From the NCBI GenBank assembly GCA_018672235.1, contig JABHGE010000036.1, positions 1-13,966 of the forward strand: 13,966 bases of DNA, read 5' to 3'. This stretch comes from Fidelibacterota bacterium. Its GTDB lineage: Bacteria > Fidelibacterota > Marinisomatia > Marinisomatales > Marinisomataceae. How positions within the stretch are numbered: position 1 is the stretch's first letter; each line of letters opens with the position of its first letter. Shown one piece after another: positions 1 through 7,539 of the stretch. The notes under the pieces were generated by a model. It did no database searches. It was not told where the DNA came from and saw only the letters and a program-made list of their open reading frames with translations. A program made the position numbers and the translations under genes.

Positions 1-245
1 TCATGATTATAGGATAGCTCATTATTTAACCATAATTGATTTCCTCCACATGTAAATACTCCCTCAGAAAGATCAAGAATATATTGTGGTACTTGTTCTT
101 TAATTTTTTCTAGGTTACTTCCGCTTACAAGAAAAAAAGTATGTTCATTTGCCCATTTTGAAAAAAAGTTTTCAAAGTCAGGGGTCATCTCTCTTCTTGA
201 TGGAGTAAGTGTTCCATCCATATCAAATATGTAAATTTTTTTCAT
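1..245 (-). CDS. HAD-superfamily (IIB) hydrolase resembling eukaryotic-type phosphomannomutase; 3' end runs off the left edge
   Basis: Not in the ORF track. Manual translation from ATG at 245: MKKIYIFDMDGTLTPSRREMTPDFENFFSKWANEHTFFLVSGSNLEKIKEQVPQYILDLSEGVFTCGGNQLWLNNELSYNH, with no stop before the edge. HAD motif I (FDMDGTLT) is present, and LVSGSNLEKIKEQ resembles the PMM-family VGGSDxxKxxEQ. An AAGGGA element lies about 8 nt upstream. Confidence 0.75.
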   Translation of the reverse strand, partial: MKKIYIFDMDGTLTPSRREMTPDFENFFSKWANEHTFFLVSGSNLEKIKEQVPQYILDLSEGVFTCGGNQLWLNNELSYNH

Positions 246-261
246 TTTTAATTTCCCTTTT

Positions 262-1623
262 TTAAATACTGTCAAAATATCTTTTAGCCTCTTTTTTGAT
301 ATGAGGCGATAAGTAAATAGCTGATATCATAGTTGGAAAAGCCATTAAAGCAAACATTGCATCTACAATATTGACGGCTAAATCTAATGATAGTATAGAA
401 CCAAGAACAAGAGTTATAACATAGAAAATTCTATAATAAATCTTTGAACCGGTACCAAACAAATACGACGCACACTTACACCCGTAATATGAATAACCAA
501 ACATAGTCGATAAAGCAAATGTTGCTACTGAAAAAATTAAAATAAAATCACCAACAACACCAAGATGATTGGCAAAAGATTTTTGTGTTAAAGTAACTCC
601 AGAAAATTCTCCTGTCATCCAGTCGCCTGATAATAAAATAACAATTCCTGTAATAGTACAAACAATAAGTGTATCAATCACTGGACCAATCATTGCTACA
701 AGACCTGACCTAATTGGCTCATTATTCTTTGATGCTCCAATAGCCATCACTTCTGTACCCATTCCAGCTTCGTTTGAAAATGCAGCTCTTCTAAATCCTT
801 GACTAATCACAACAGCTGTTCCTACAAAACCTCCGGCAACTGAACTCCCATTAAAGGCACTGGTAAAAATTAAATTAAAAATTGATGGTACTAATGCAAT
901 ATTTGAAAATACTATAAATAATCCAGCAGAGAGATAAACAAGTACCATAAATGGTACAACTTTAGAAGCAACATCTGCAATACGTTGGAGACCTCCAAAG
1001 ATAACTACTGATACTATCAATGCGATAATAATCCCTATCGTTAAGTCAAGTGGAATTGCTGTAGCAATATTTGGATTTGTTTTAATCAGTTGGTCTGATA
1101 ATATTTGAGTTAACTGATTTACTTGTAGTAAAGATAAACATCCAACAAGTCCAGCAATACTAAACCAATATGATAAAAATTTAAATTTCTTACCCATTCC
1201 TTGCTCAATAACATACATGGGTCCACCCTGCAATTCACCGTCAGAATCATGACCTCTAAACATAATACCAAGAGAGCATGTAAAAAATTTGGTTGCCATA
1301 CCTACTATAGCGCTAATCCACATCCAAAATAATGCTCCGGGTCCTCCTAAAGATATAGCAACTGCTACACCAGCAATATTACCTATCCCAACTGTACTTG
1401 ATAGGGCCGTAGATAGTGCCTGAAAGTGTGAAATTTGACCGTCATCATCTGGATCATCATACTTACCTAGAACTATGTGGAAAGCATGCTTAAAGTATCT
1501 AAATGGGGTTAATCGTGAATAAAGTAGAAAAAATATACCTCCACCAATGACTAAATTGGCTACTCCAAAGTTTCCCCAAAGGAAATTTGATAAATTTGCA
1601 AAAAAATTATTAATTAAATCCAT
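262..1623 (-). CDS. Alanine/glycine:cation symporter (AGCS family) amino acid carrier
   Basis: Family motifs ISHFQALSTALSSTVGIGNIAGVAVAISLGGPGALFWMW, GGPMY, RAAFSNEAGMG and IDTLIVCTITG, plus many TM segments. ATG at 1623 (MDLINNFF) is preferred over the track's TTG at 1641. Confidence 0.93.
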   Translation of the reverse strand: MDLINNFFANLSNFLWGNFGVANLVIGGGIFFLLYSRLTPFRYFKHAFHIVLGKYDDPDDDGQISHFQALSTALSSTVGIGNIAGVAVAISLGGPGALFWMWISAIVGMATKFFTCSLGIMFRGHDSDGELQGGPMYVIEQGMGKKFKFLSYWFSIAGLVGCLSLLQVNQLTQILSDQLIKTNPNIATAIPLDLTIGIIIALIVSVVIFGGLQRIADVASKVVPFMVLVYLSAGLFIVFSNIALVPSIFNLIFTSAFNGSSVAGGFVGTAVVISQGFRRAAFSNEAGMGTEVMAIGASKNNEPIRSGLVAMIGPVIDTLIVCTITGIVILLSGDWMTGEFSGVTLTQKSFANHLGVVGDFILIFSVATFALSTMFGYSYYGCKCASYLFGTGSKIYYRIFYVITLVLGSILSLDLAVNIVDAMFALMAFPTMISAIYLSPHIKKEAKRYFDSI

Positions 1624-1645
1624 GATTAAGTAAGTTAACAATATA
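1624..1645. promoter_or_regulatory. Candidate bidirectional promoter with overlapping -10 elements
   Basis: 22-bp gap between divergent ATGs. TAAGTT on + at 1631-1636 and TAACTT on - at 1637-1632 both fit TAnnnT and lie 9 and 8 nt from their start codons. No convincing -35 was found. Confidence 0.45.
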
Positions 1646-2740
1646 ATGAAAAAAATTGACTATTATATTCTTAGAGAATTTTCGATCACATTTCTATTTG
1701 TATCTCTATTCTTTACGCTAATATCGCTCATTGTTGATATTTTTGAAAATCTAAATAAGTTTATCGACAATGAAGTAACAAATGCTATTTTGATTGAATA
1801 CTATATTGCTGCTATTCCTTCAATGATTAGTGTTACTATCCCTGTGACCTGCCTTGTAGCATCCGTATTTACTTATGGTATGATGGTACAAAAAAAAGAA
1901 TGGTTAGTACTTAAATCTTCTGGATTAAGTCTCTATCGATTATCGGTCCCTGTATTATTTTTAGGACTATTTCTAAGTATTGGATCGTTCTTTTTTGATA
2001 ATACTGTGGTCATAAAAAATAATAAAATACAAAATGAATTAAAGAAAAATCATTTGCAAAAAAATAAGGGTGCTCGTAAGGATAAATCAGTTTTCGAAAA
2101 TGTATACTTTCAAAAAAATCAAAGTGAACTTATTGCAATCGATAAATATAATAGTATGAATCAGGTCATAGTGAACTTAAATCTTATCGAACTCAATGAT
2201 GGAAAGATGAGAAAAAGAATTGATGCAAAAAAAGGTATTTGGAATGGAGAAGAATCAAAATGGGAATTAAGAAATTTTTCTATTAGAGAATTTGATAATA
2301 CTGGATATGAAACCATCCTCGCAAGATCCAATGAAGATTCTTTATTGAGTTTAAATTTTTCTCCTGAAGATATCACGCAAACAAGTGGCTCATCAGAAGA
2401 GCGATCCTACAATGAGCTTAAGGGTCAAATTGCAACATTAAAAAGTAATGGTGTAAATACATTAAAATGGGAAGTTGATTTACATTACAAGCTTGCATAC
2501 TCCTTTATTAGTCTTATTGTAATTTTTTGCGGCATACCTTTATCCGTATTTAGGTCTAATACAACATTAGCATTTGGTGGTGGATTAAGTTTAGCAACGA
2601 TATTTGCTTATGTAATTATCTTAAAATTTGGCCAATCTCTTGGTTATGCTGGTGTACTTTCACCGTTCTTAGGTGCATGGCTATCGAATCTAATCTTTGT
2701 AAGTATCGGGTTATACTTAATGGTTAACGCAAGAAAATAG
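1646..2740 (+). CDS. lptG: LptF/LptG family LPS export ABC transporter permease (LptG-like)
   Basis: N-terminal KKIDYYILREF, three TM helices, EWLVLKSSGLSLYRL (family ELxAxxAxGxSxxR), a periplasmic region with IDAKKGIWN, then HYKLAYSF...GIPLS and SPFLGAWLSNLIF. The F versus G assignment is less certain than the family. Confidence 0.85.
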   Translation: MKKIDYYILREFSITFLFVSLFFTLISLIVDIFENLNKFIDNEVTNAILIEYYIAAIPSMISVTIPVTCLVASVFTYGMMVQKKEWLVLKSSGLSLYRLSVPVLFLGLFLSIGSFFFDNTVVIKNNKIQNELKKNHLQKNKGARKDKSVFENVYFQKNQSELIAIDKYNSMNQVIVNLNLIELNDGKMRKRIDAKKGIWNGEESKWELRNFSIREFDNTGYETILARSNEDSLLSLNFSPEDITQTSGSSEERSYNELKGQIATLKSNGVNTLKWEVDLHYKLAYSFISLIVIFCGIPLSVFRSNTTLAFGGGLSLATIFAYVIILKFGQSLGYAGVLSPFLGAWLSNLIFVSIGLYLMVNARK

Positions 2741-2744
2741 GCTA

Positions 2745-3620
2745 ATGGATAAATTAAACAATCCTTATGCTACAGCACTTGATGGATTAATACTAAACGA
2801 TCCTGTATCTGCTTTTTTTGATTTTTGCCGTGAACGAGAAAAAATTCGGTTAGCAAGAGAGAGTGGTGATCCATTTCCATGGACAAATGATCCTATTTTT
2901 CAACAAGCTCGCTTCCTAAATGTCTTTCGAGAAGATGATCGTGGCAGTAAAGCCATTCTATCTTTTGCTAAAGACTTAGAAAAAGATTTGCCTATGTTGA
3001 TTCATGCTTTATTTTTTGCTCGCTGGTGTAATAGACAAGAAACTTTAGATGAACTATCTCCAGATATCTTGCTACAACCAGAAATGTTACTTAAAACACT
3101 AAAATCCTTTGAGCCTTGGTGTAATCCTACCGCTTACCCTGTTGAATCAATACATTGGGAGGGAATACAATATTCACGATTAAATGCAGCCACGACATTA
3201 TTTGGAAATATTAAAGAATCGCTAACTAATATTATTATAGAATCTCAAGGAGATGTAATTAAGACTACCAATGCAATCAATGTTCATTTTAAAATGGAAA
3301 ATGACTTTCCTATTTTTATGGCTGTTATTGATTTGGCTTGGTTTAGACCAGATATTATCCATCCAACAAGCCATGTTCCAACAGGTATTGGTGCAGTTAC
3401 CTATCTAGACCGATTGCAAAAACATCTTGGATTAAAAAATCATCAAGAAACATGTGAAAAAATGATTGCATTACAAAAAGAACATTGGCCAGAGGCTAAA
3501 CGAGCATTTCAGCCTATTGATATTGAATATCTATCTTGTGAGTGCAGAAAATATTATAGCTATATTAATGGGACAAAATTATTTGAAGGAAAAAATATCT
3601 TTCAAGCCATCGGGTTATGA
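2745..3620 (+). CDS. aGPT-PPlase clade 1 / '5-hmdU DNA kinase helical domain'-like protein (HhH DNA glycosylase-like fold; DNA base hypermodification family)
   Basis: FCREREKIRLARESGDPFPWTNDPIFQQARFLNVFREDDRGS matches the recalled family pattern ERxxIxxxRxxGxPxPWTxDPIxxxxRFxNVxRxxDR. GIGA sits at the GPGA position, and the C-terminal IDIEYLSCECRKY matches DIExxxCExxKY. Confidence 0.75.
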   Translation: MDKLNNPYATALDGLILNDPVSAFFDFCREREKIRLARESGDPFPWTNDPIFQQARFLNVFREDDRGSKAILSFAKDLEKDLPMLIHALFFARWCNRQETLDELSPDILLQPEMLLKTLKSFEPWCNPTAYPVESIHWEGIQYSRLNAATTLFGNIKESLTNIIIESQGDVIKTTNAINVHFKMENDFPIFMAVIDLAWFRPDIIHPTSHVPTGIGAVTYLDRLQKHLGLKNHQETCEKMIALQKEHWPEAKRAFQPIDIEYLSCECRKYYSYINGTKLFEGKNIFQAIGL

Positions 3621-3636
3621 GCCTGGTTGAATTTTT
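3601..3636 (+). terminator. Possible imperfect hairpin/terminator over the convergent stop codons
   Basis: TTCAA-G-CCA-TCG-GGTT-ATG-AGCC-TGG-TTGAA followed by TTTTT. The stem has bulges and a G-U pair, so it is weak. Confidence 0.3.
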
Positions 3637-5216
3637 GGACCTGAATTCAGAACGTGAGAGTCTGAAATATCAAATTTTGTAAAATTCTTATTAAACAAAT
3701 TAGTAAGCATATTACCCGTCTTATAATATTCTTCTAAATTATTCCAACCTTTATGAGGAATTAAAAAATCATTGTCTATCCCTTCAAGATCTAAAGGAAT
3801 ATCGAGATTAAAGAATTTATCTTTTACTGAATTGGTAAAATCTAACTTACCATCTGTAATTAAATCGATGATATGCTTTGTAAGCTTGAGATCAATTCTT
3901 TTGGAAGTTGAGGTTGCACTAGATCCAGACCAGCCGGTATTAACCAAGTATATTGGAGCATCATGCTTTACTAGTTTTTCTTTTAACAACTTTGCATACA
4001 CCAATGGCTGTAGTGTTAAAAATGGCCCGCCATAACATGGTGAGAATGCTGCTATAGGATCAACTATTCCTGTTTCAGTTCCTGCCATTTTAGCAGTATA
4101 TCCACTGATAAAATGATACATTGCTTGATTCACATTAAGCCTAGCAACTGGTGGCATAATACCATAAGCATCGCATGTTAAGAATATCACTGCATTAGGA
4201 TGAGGTCCTACGCTAGGTAGCCCTTTAGAACCTAAAGAGTTTTCAATAAAATGGATTGGATAACATATTCTTGAATTATCACTTTTGGCATTATCGCTAA
4301 AATCTACTTCTTTTGTTTCTAGATCATAAACAACATTTTCTAGAAGCGTACCATGCTGAATAGCATTATAAATTTCTGGCTCTTTATCTTTATTTAGATC
4401 AATTGCTTTTGCATAGCAACCGCCTTCAAAATTAAAAATTCCATTATCAGACCATCCATGTTCATCATCTCCAATCAATGGTCGATTAGCATTGGTACTC
4501 AACGTAGTCTTTCCCGTACCAGACAATCCAAAAAATAATGTTGATTCACTTAGATCTTTTGAAACATTTGCAGAACAGTGCATTGATAACACATTTTTAA
4601 GTGGCAAATAATAATGCATAACAGAGAAGATGCCTTTTTTCATTTCTCCGGCATATTCTGTTCCACCAATAATTGCAATTTTCTTTTTCAGATTAAATAC
4701 AATAAAGTTTTCTGAGTTTAATCCATACTCTTTCCAATCCTGTTCTTTAACATCGTAAGCATTGATAATTGTAAAATCAGGTAGGAAATTTTCTAATTCT
4801 TCTTTTTTAGGCCTAATAAACATATTATTTACAAACAAAGATTGCCATGCTTTCTTCGTTACCATTCTAACATTAAGACTACTGTCTTTATCGTCACCAG
4901 CAAATCCATCAAATACATAAAAATCATTACCTAGTTCATTATATGTTGCAACAACCTTATTTAGTAAGTGTTCAAAGTTTTGTTCTGAAATTTTTTGATT
5001 AACATTGCCCCACCAAATATTTTCAGATGAATTTTCTTCATCTACAATAAACTTATCATTTGGAATTCTTCCAGAAAATTCACCGGTATCTACCATCAAT
5101 GCACCATTTAAACCAATTACGCCCTCTTTTAAAGCAATAGAGTCTTCAATAAGGTGATCGGCGCTAGAATTACGTTTATACTTACTGTTATGGATATTTA
5201 AATAATCTAGATTCAT
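3615..5216 (-). CDS. pckA: Phosphoenolpyruvate carboxykinase (ATP)
   Basis: YAGEMKKGIFS, SMHCSAN, P-loop FFGLSGTGKTTLS, LIGDDEHGW, FNFEGGCYAK, LLENV, YHFISGYTAK, YLVNTGW; 533 aa. Confidence 0.97.
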   Translation of the reverse strand: MNLDYLNIHNSKYKRNSSADHLIEDSIALKEGVIGLNGALMVDTGEFSGRIPNDKFIVDEENSSENIWWGNVNQKISEQNFEHLLNKVVATYNELGNDFYVFDGFAGDDKDSSLNVRMVTKKAWQSLFVNNMFIRPKKEELENFLPDFTIINAYDVKEQDWKEYGLNSENFIVFNLKKKIAIIGGTEYAGEMKKGIFSVMHYYLPLKNVLSMHCSANVSKDLSESTLFFGLSGTGKTTLSTNANRPLIGDDEHGWSDNGIFNFEGGCYAKAIDLNKDKEPEIYNAIQHGTLLENVVYDLETKEVDFSDNAKSDNSRICYPIHFIENSLGSKGLPSVGPHPNAVIFLTCDAYGIMPPVARLNVNQAMYHFISGYTAKMAGTETGIVDPIAAFSPCYGGPFLTLQPLVYAKLLKEKLVKHDAPIYLVNTGWSGSSATSTSKRIDLKLTKHIIDLITDGKLDFTNSVKDKFFNLDIPLDLEGIDNDFLIPHKGWNNLEEYYKTGNMLTNLFNKNFTKFDISDSHVLNSGPKIQPGS

Positions 5217-6130
5217 TTTTCTCCTCTTGGATGAGATTTTTTAATAGTCTCCTGCAATTTTCCAAGGCTAACATGCGTATAAATTTGAGTAGATGCTAGG
5301 TTTTCATGCCCCAGTAAAGACTTGATAGCACTAAGTCCAACACCGCTATTTAAAAGATGTGTAGCAAAAGAATGCCTCAAAGCATGAGGACCATATGAAT
5401 TCAAGGTTAAAGTTTTTAAATTTTTCATCACTAAGTATTGAATGTTATATCTTGATAAATTTTTGTTATTTTCATCGACGAATAAATTATTATTGAAGTT
5501 TGTCTTTATCAAAGGATATTTTTCTAAAATTGTTAAATATTTAATGATTAGCTTTTTTGTATCTCCGTCAAAATTTGCCAATCTTTCCTTACTACCCTTA
5601 CCTATTACTTTAATTGTCTTTTGAGAAAAATCGATATCTTTTAATTTGATTGACTTGAGCTCTTGTAATCTTAGTCCAGATGTAAAAAATAACATTATTA
5701 AAGACTGATTCCTCAATTTGATGATGTCAGATATTTTGTTATCACTATTAATTTTATCTAAAACTTGTAAAATTTGATCCATTGACAAAAAAGTAGGGAT
5801 TGATTTCTTATATTTTGGAGAAGGATAAGATTTTACTTCATTCAATACAATATCATCTATCACTCCTTCTGTATGCAAAAATTTATAGAAGGTTCTAAGC
5901 GCAGATAGTGCTCTAGAAAAAGAACGAGGACCCATCGAGCTAGTCACACTTGCTTGGAAATCAAAAATGAGCTCTTTGTCTATCCTTAAATAATTTATTT
6001 TTTCTTTTTTTATAAAAAGAAAGTATCTAGTGATATCTCTACTATAATTAATGATAGTTTGCTCAGAATATCCTCTTTCAAGCTCTAAAAATAAAAGAAA
6101 TTCTTTGTGATGATCTTCAAATTTCATCAT
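5213..6130 (-). CDS. xerC: Tyrosine recombinase, XerC/XerD type (XerC-like)
   Basis: N-terminal ERGYSEQTIINYSRD and RALSALRTFYKFL; catalytic residues in SGLRLQE, VIGKGSKER, PHALRHSFATHLL and LLGHENLASTQIYTHV; ends HPR. 305 aa. XerC versus XerD is tentative, and the start may be the second ATG at 6127. Confidence 0.85.
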   Translation of the reverse strand: MMKFEDHHKEFLLFLELERGYSEQTIINYSRDITRYFLFIKKEKINYLRIDKELIFDFQASVTSSMGPRSFSRALSALRTFYKFLHTEGVIDDIVLNEVKSYPSPKYKKSIPTFLSMDQILQVLDKINSDNKISDIIKLRNQSLIMLFFTSGLRLQELKSIKLKDIDFSQKTIKVIGKGSKERLANFDGDTKKLIIKYLTILEKYPLIKTNFNNNLFVDENNKNLSRYNIQYLVMKNLKTLTLNSYGPHALRHSFATHLLNSGVGLSAIKSLLGHENLASTQIYTHVSLGKLQETIKKSHPRGEK

Positions 6131-7085
6131 TTAAAATTGCATTATAGATAGTATTAAAATCTTTATTTGGCTCTGCAGAAAATTTTACTCTTTCTAGTGT
6201 TGAAGGATGTTCAAATTCTATTGAGTGTGCATGCAAGCAATGACCTTGAACTAATGAAAAATAATCATCTAATTTGGTTTTAGTTTCCTTCATAAATTCT
6301 TTAGATTTTTGAATTCCACCACCATATAGTTCATCTCCAAAGATAGGAAATCCAGATTCTTTACAGTGCACTCTAATTTGGTGAGTTCGTCCTGTTTTTG
6401 GAAAAAAACGTACTGCAGATAAGTATTCTCCAGATTTGATTAATTCAAAATGAGATAAAGCTTTTTTTCCAGTATCTGACGATTCAAATTGAATAGGATT
6501 TCTTTTATTTCGATTTAAAATATTGTCAATTACCCCCGACTTCTCTTTCCACTGACTCCATGTTAATGCTATATATTCTTTTTGAATAGTTCGAGCTTTA
6601 AACTGATCAGCAATCTTCCAATGAGAGTAATCATTTAAGGGAATAATCATTATACCGGTTGTGTCCTTATCTAGTCTGTGCACAATGCCAGGTCTTGATG
6701 GGTCTATTGCATCTTTTAATTCTTTTTCAAATCGATGCAGAAGAATATTCACCAATGTCTTATCATGATTTCCTGGGGCTGGGTGCACTATAATACCTCT
6801 AGGCTTGTTGACGATAGCAAAATCTTTATCTTGATACAAAATATCTAATGGATGATTCCAACTCTCTAGTATAAGTTTTTTTTGATTTTCTTTTTTTGAA
6901 GTATCAATATCTATTTCATCGCTATAGCTTAATCTGAAATTTTTTTTAACTATTTTTTGATTGACTAGAACGGATCCATTAGAAATCATCTTTTGGATAT
7001 TAGTTCTTGAGAATTGAACTAACCTTTTAGATAAAAAACTATCGAGCCTTTTTAGCTCATCCGATGAAGAGACAGATATTTTCAT
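6117..7085 (-). CDS. rluD: RluA-family pseudouridine synthase with N-terminal S4 domain (RluD-like)
   Basis: S4 RLDSFL...SRTNIQKMI, VNKPRGIIVHPAPG, catalytic RPGIVHRLDKDTTG, TGRTHQIRVH, GDELYG, LHAHSIEFEHP. Confidence 0.9.
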   Translation of the reverse strand: MKISVSSSDELKRLDSFLSKRLVQFSRTNIQKMISNGSVLVNQKIVKKNFRLSYSDEIDIDTSKKENQKKLILESWNHPLDILYQDKDFAIVNKPRGIIVHPAPGNHDKTLVNILLHRFEKELKDAIDPSRPGIVHRLDKDTTGIMIIPLNDYSHWKIADQFKARTIQKEYIALTWSQWKEKSGVIDNILNRNKRNPIQFESSDTGKKALSHFELIKSGEYLSAVRFFPKTGRTHQIRVHCKESGFPIFGDELYGGGIQKSKEFMKETKTKLDDYFSLVQGHCLHAHSIEFEHPSTLERVKFSAEPNKDFNTIYNAILNDEI

Positions 7086-7092
7086 AATATAT

Positions 7093-7539
7093 TTACTTCT
7101 TAATGATTATAGAACTATACAACAAGAATAACAATCCTATTGTTACAGAGGAATCTGCAACATTGAAGATATACCAATGAGCTCCATTAATATGAAAATC
7201 TATAAAATCAACTACATAACCACGAAATATTCTATCTAAAATATTTCCTATAGCTCCCCCTATGATAAGCAATAAGGCAATCTGAGATGCACTATCTTCA
7301 AACTCTTTATTTTTAAGAAGAGATATCAAATAAAAAGTTATCAATATCGGAAATACAATAAAGAAGATTTTTCCTCCAGGAAAATTGATTCCAAATGCAA
7401 TTCCTTCATTTCTTATGTATGTAAAATCTAATAAAGAAGGAATTACTACAAATGAATCGTATAGATTCATTTTAGTGTGAACTAATATTTTAGATAATTG
7501 ATCAATTAAAACAATAAAAAAAGGTAAAAAAAAATTCAT
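7093..7539 (-). CDS. lspA: Lipoprotein signal peptidase (signal peptidase II)
   Basis: IDQLSK, NEGIAFG, GGAIGNILDR, and catalytic Asp motifs VVDFI and FNVADSS. Confidence 0.96.
   Translation of the reverse strand: MNFFLPFFIVLIDQLSKILVHTKMNLYDSFVVIPSLLDFTYIRNEGIAFGINFPGGKIFFIVFPILITFYLISLLKNKEFEDSASQIALLLIIGGAIGNILDRIFRGYVVDFIDFHINGAHWYIFNVADSSVTIGLLFLLYSSIIIKK

Noticed and set aside
569..802. 77-aa + strand ORF
   Set aside because: Antisense shadow inside the well-supported AGCS gene, with no recognisable motif.
1624..1641. TTG start extending AGCS by six codons
   Set aside because: It would leave 4 bp between divergent starts; ATG 1623 gives a normal N-terminus.
1633..1660. dif-like half site (minus strand TATTGTTAACT resembles the XerD arm TTATGTTAAAT)
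   Set aside because: Only 8 of 11 positions match, there is no XerC arm at the right spacing, and it overlaps the lptG start. Likely chance in AT-rich DNA.
2161..2376. 71-aa - strand ORF
   Set aside because: Antisense within lptG, no motif.
3772..4035. 87-aa + strand ORF
   Set aside because: Antisense within pckA, no motif.
3615..5216. PckA motif deviations (GRIP for GRSP, TTLSTN for TTLSxD) as a sign of inactivation
   Set aside because: The Arg, YxGEMKK, His, P-loop and GDDE motifs are all intact, so this is ordinary divergence.
5442..5624. 60-aa + strand ORF
   Set aside because: Antisense within xerC, no motif.
5213..6130. Tyrosine recombinase as a prophage, island or integron integrase that mobilised the 291-aa ORF
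   Set aside because: Size and motifs are Xer-like, it overlaps housekeeping genes on both sides, it uses host-like Arg codons, and no att sites, tRNA, attC array or integron-integrase insertion were seen.
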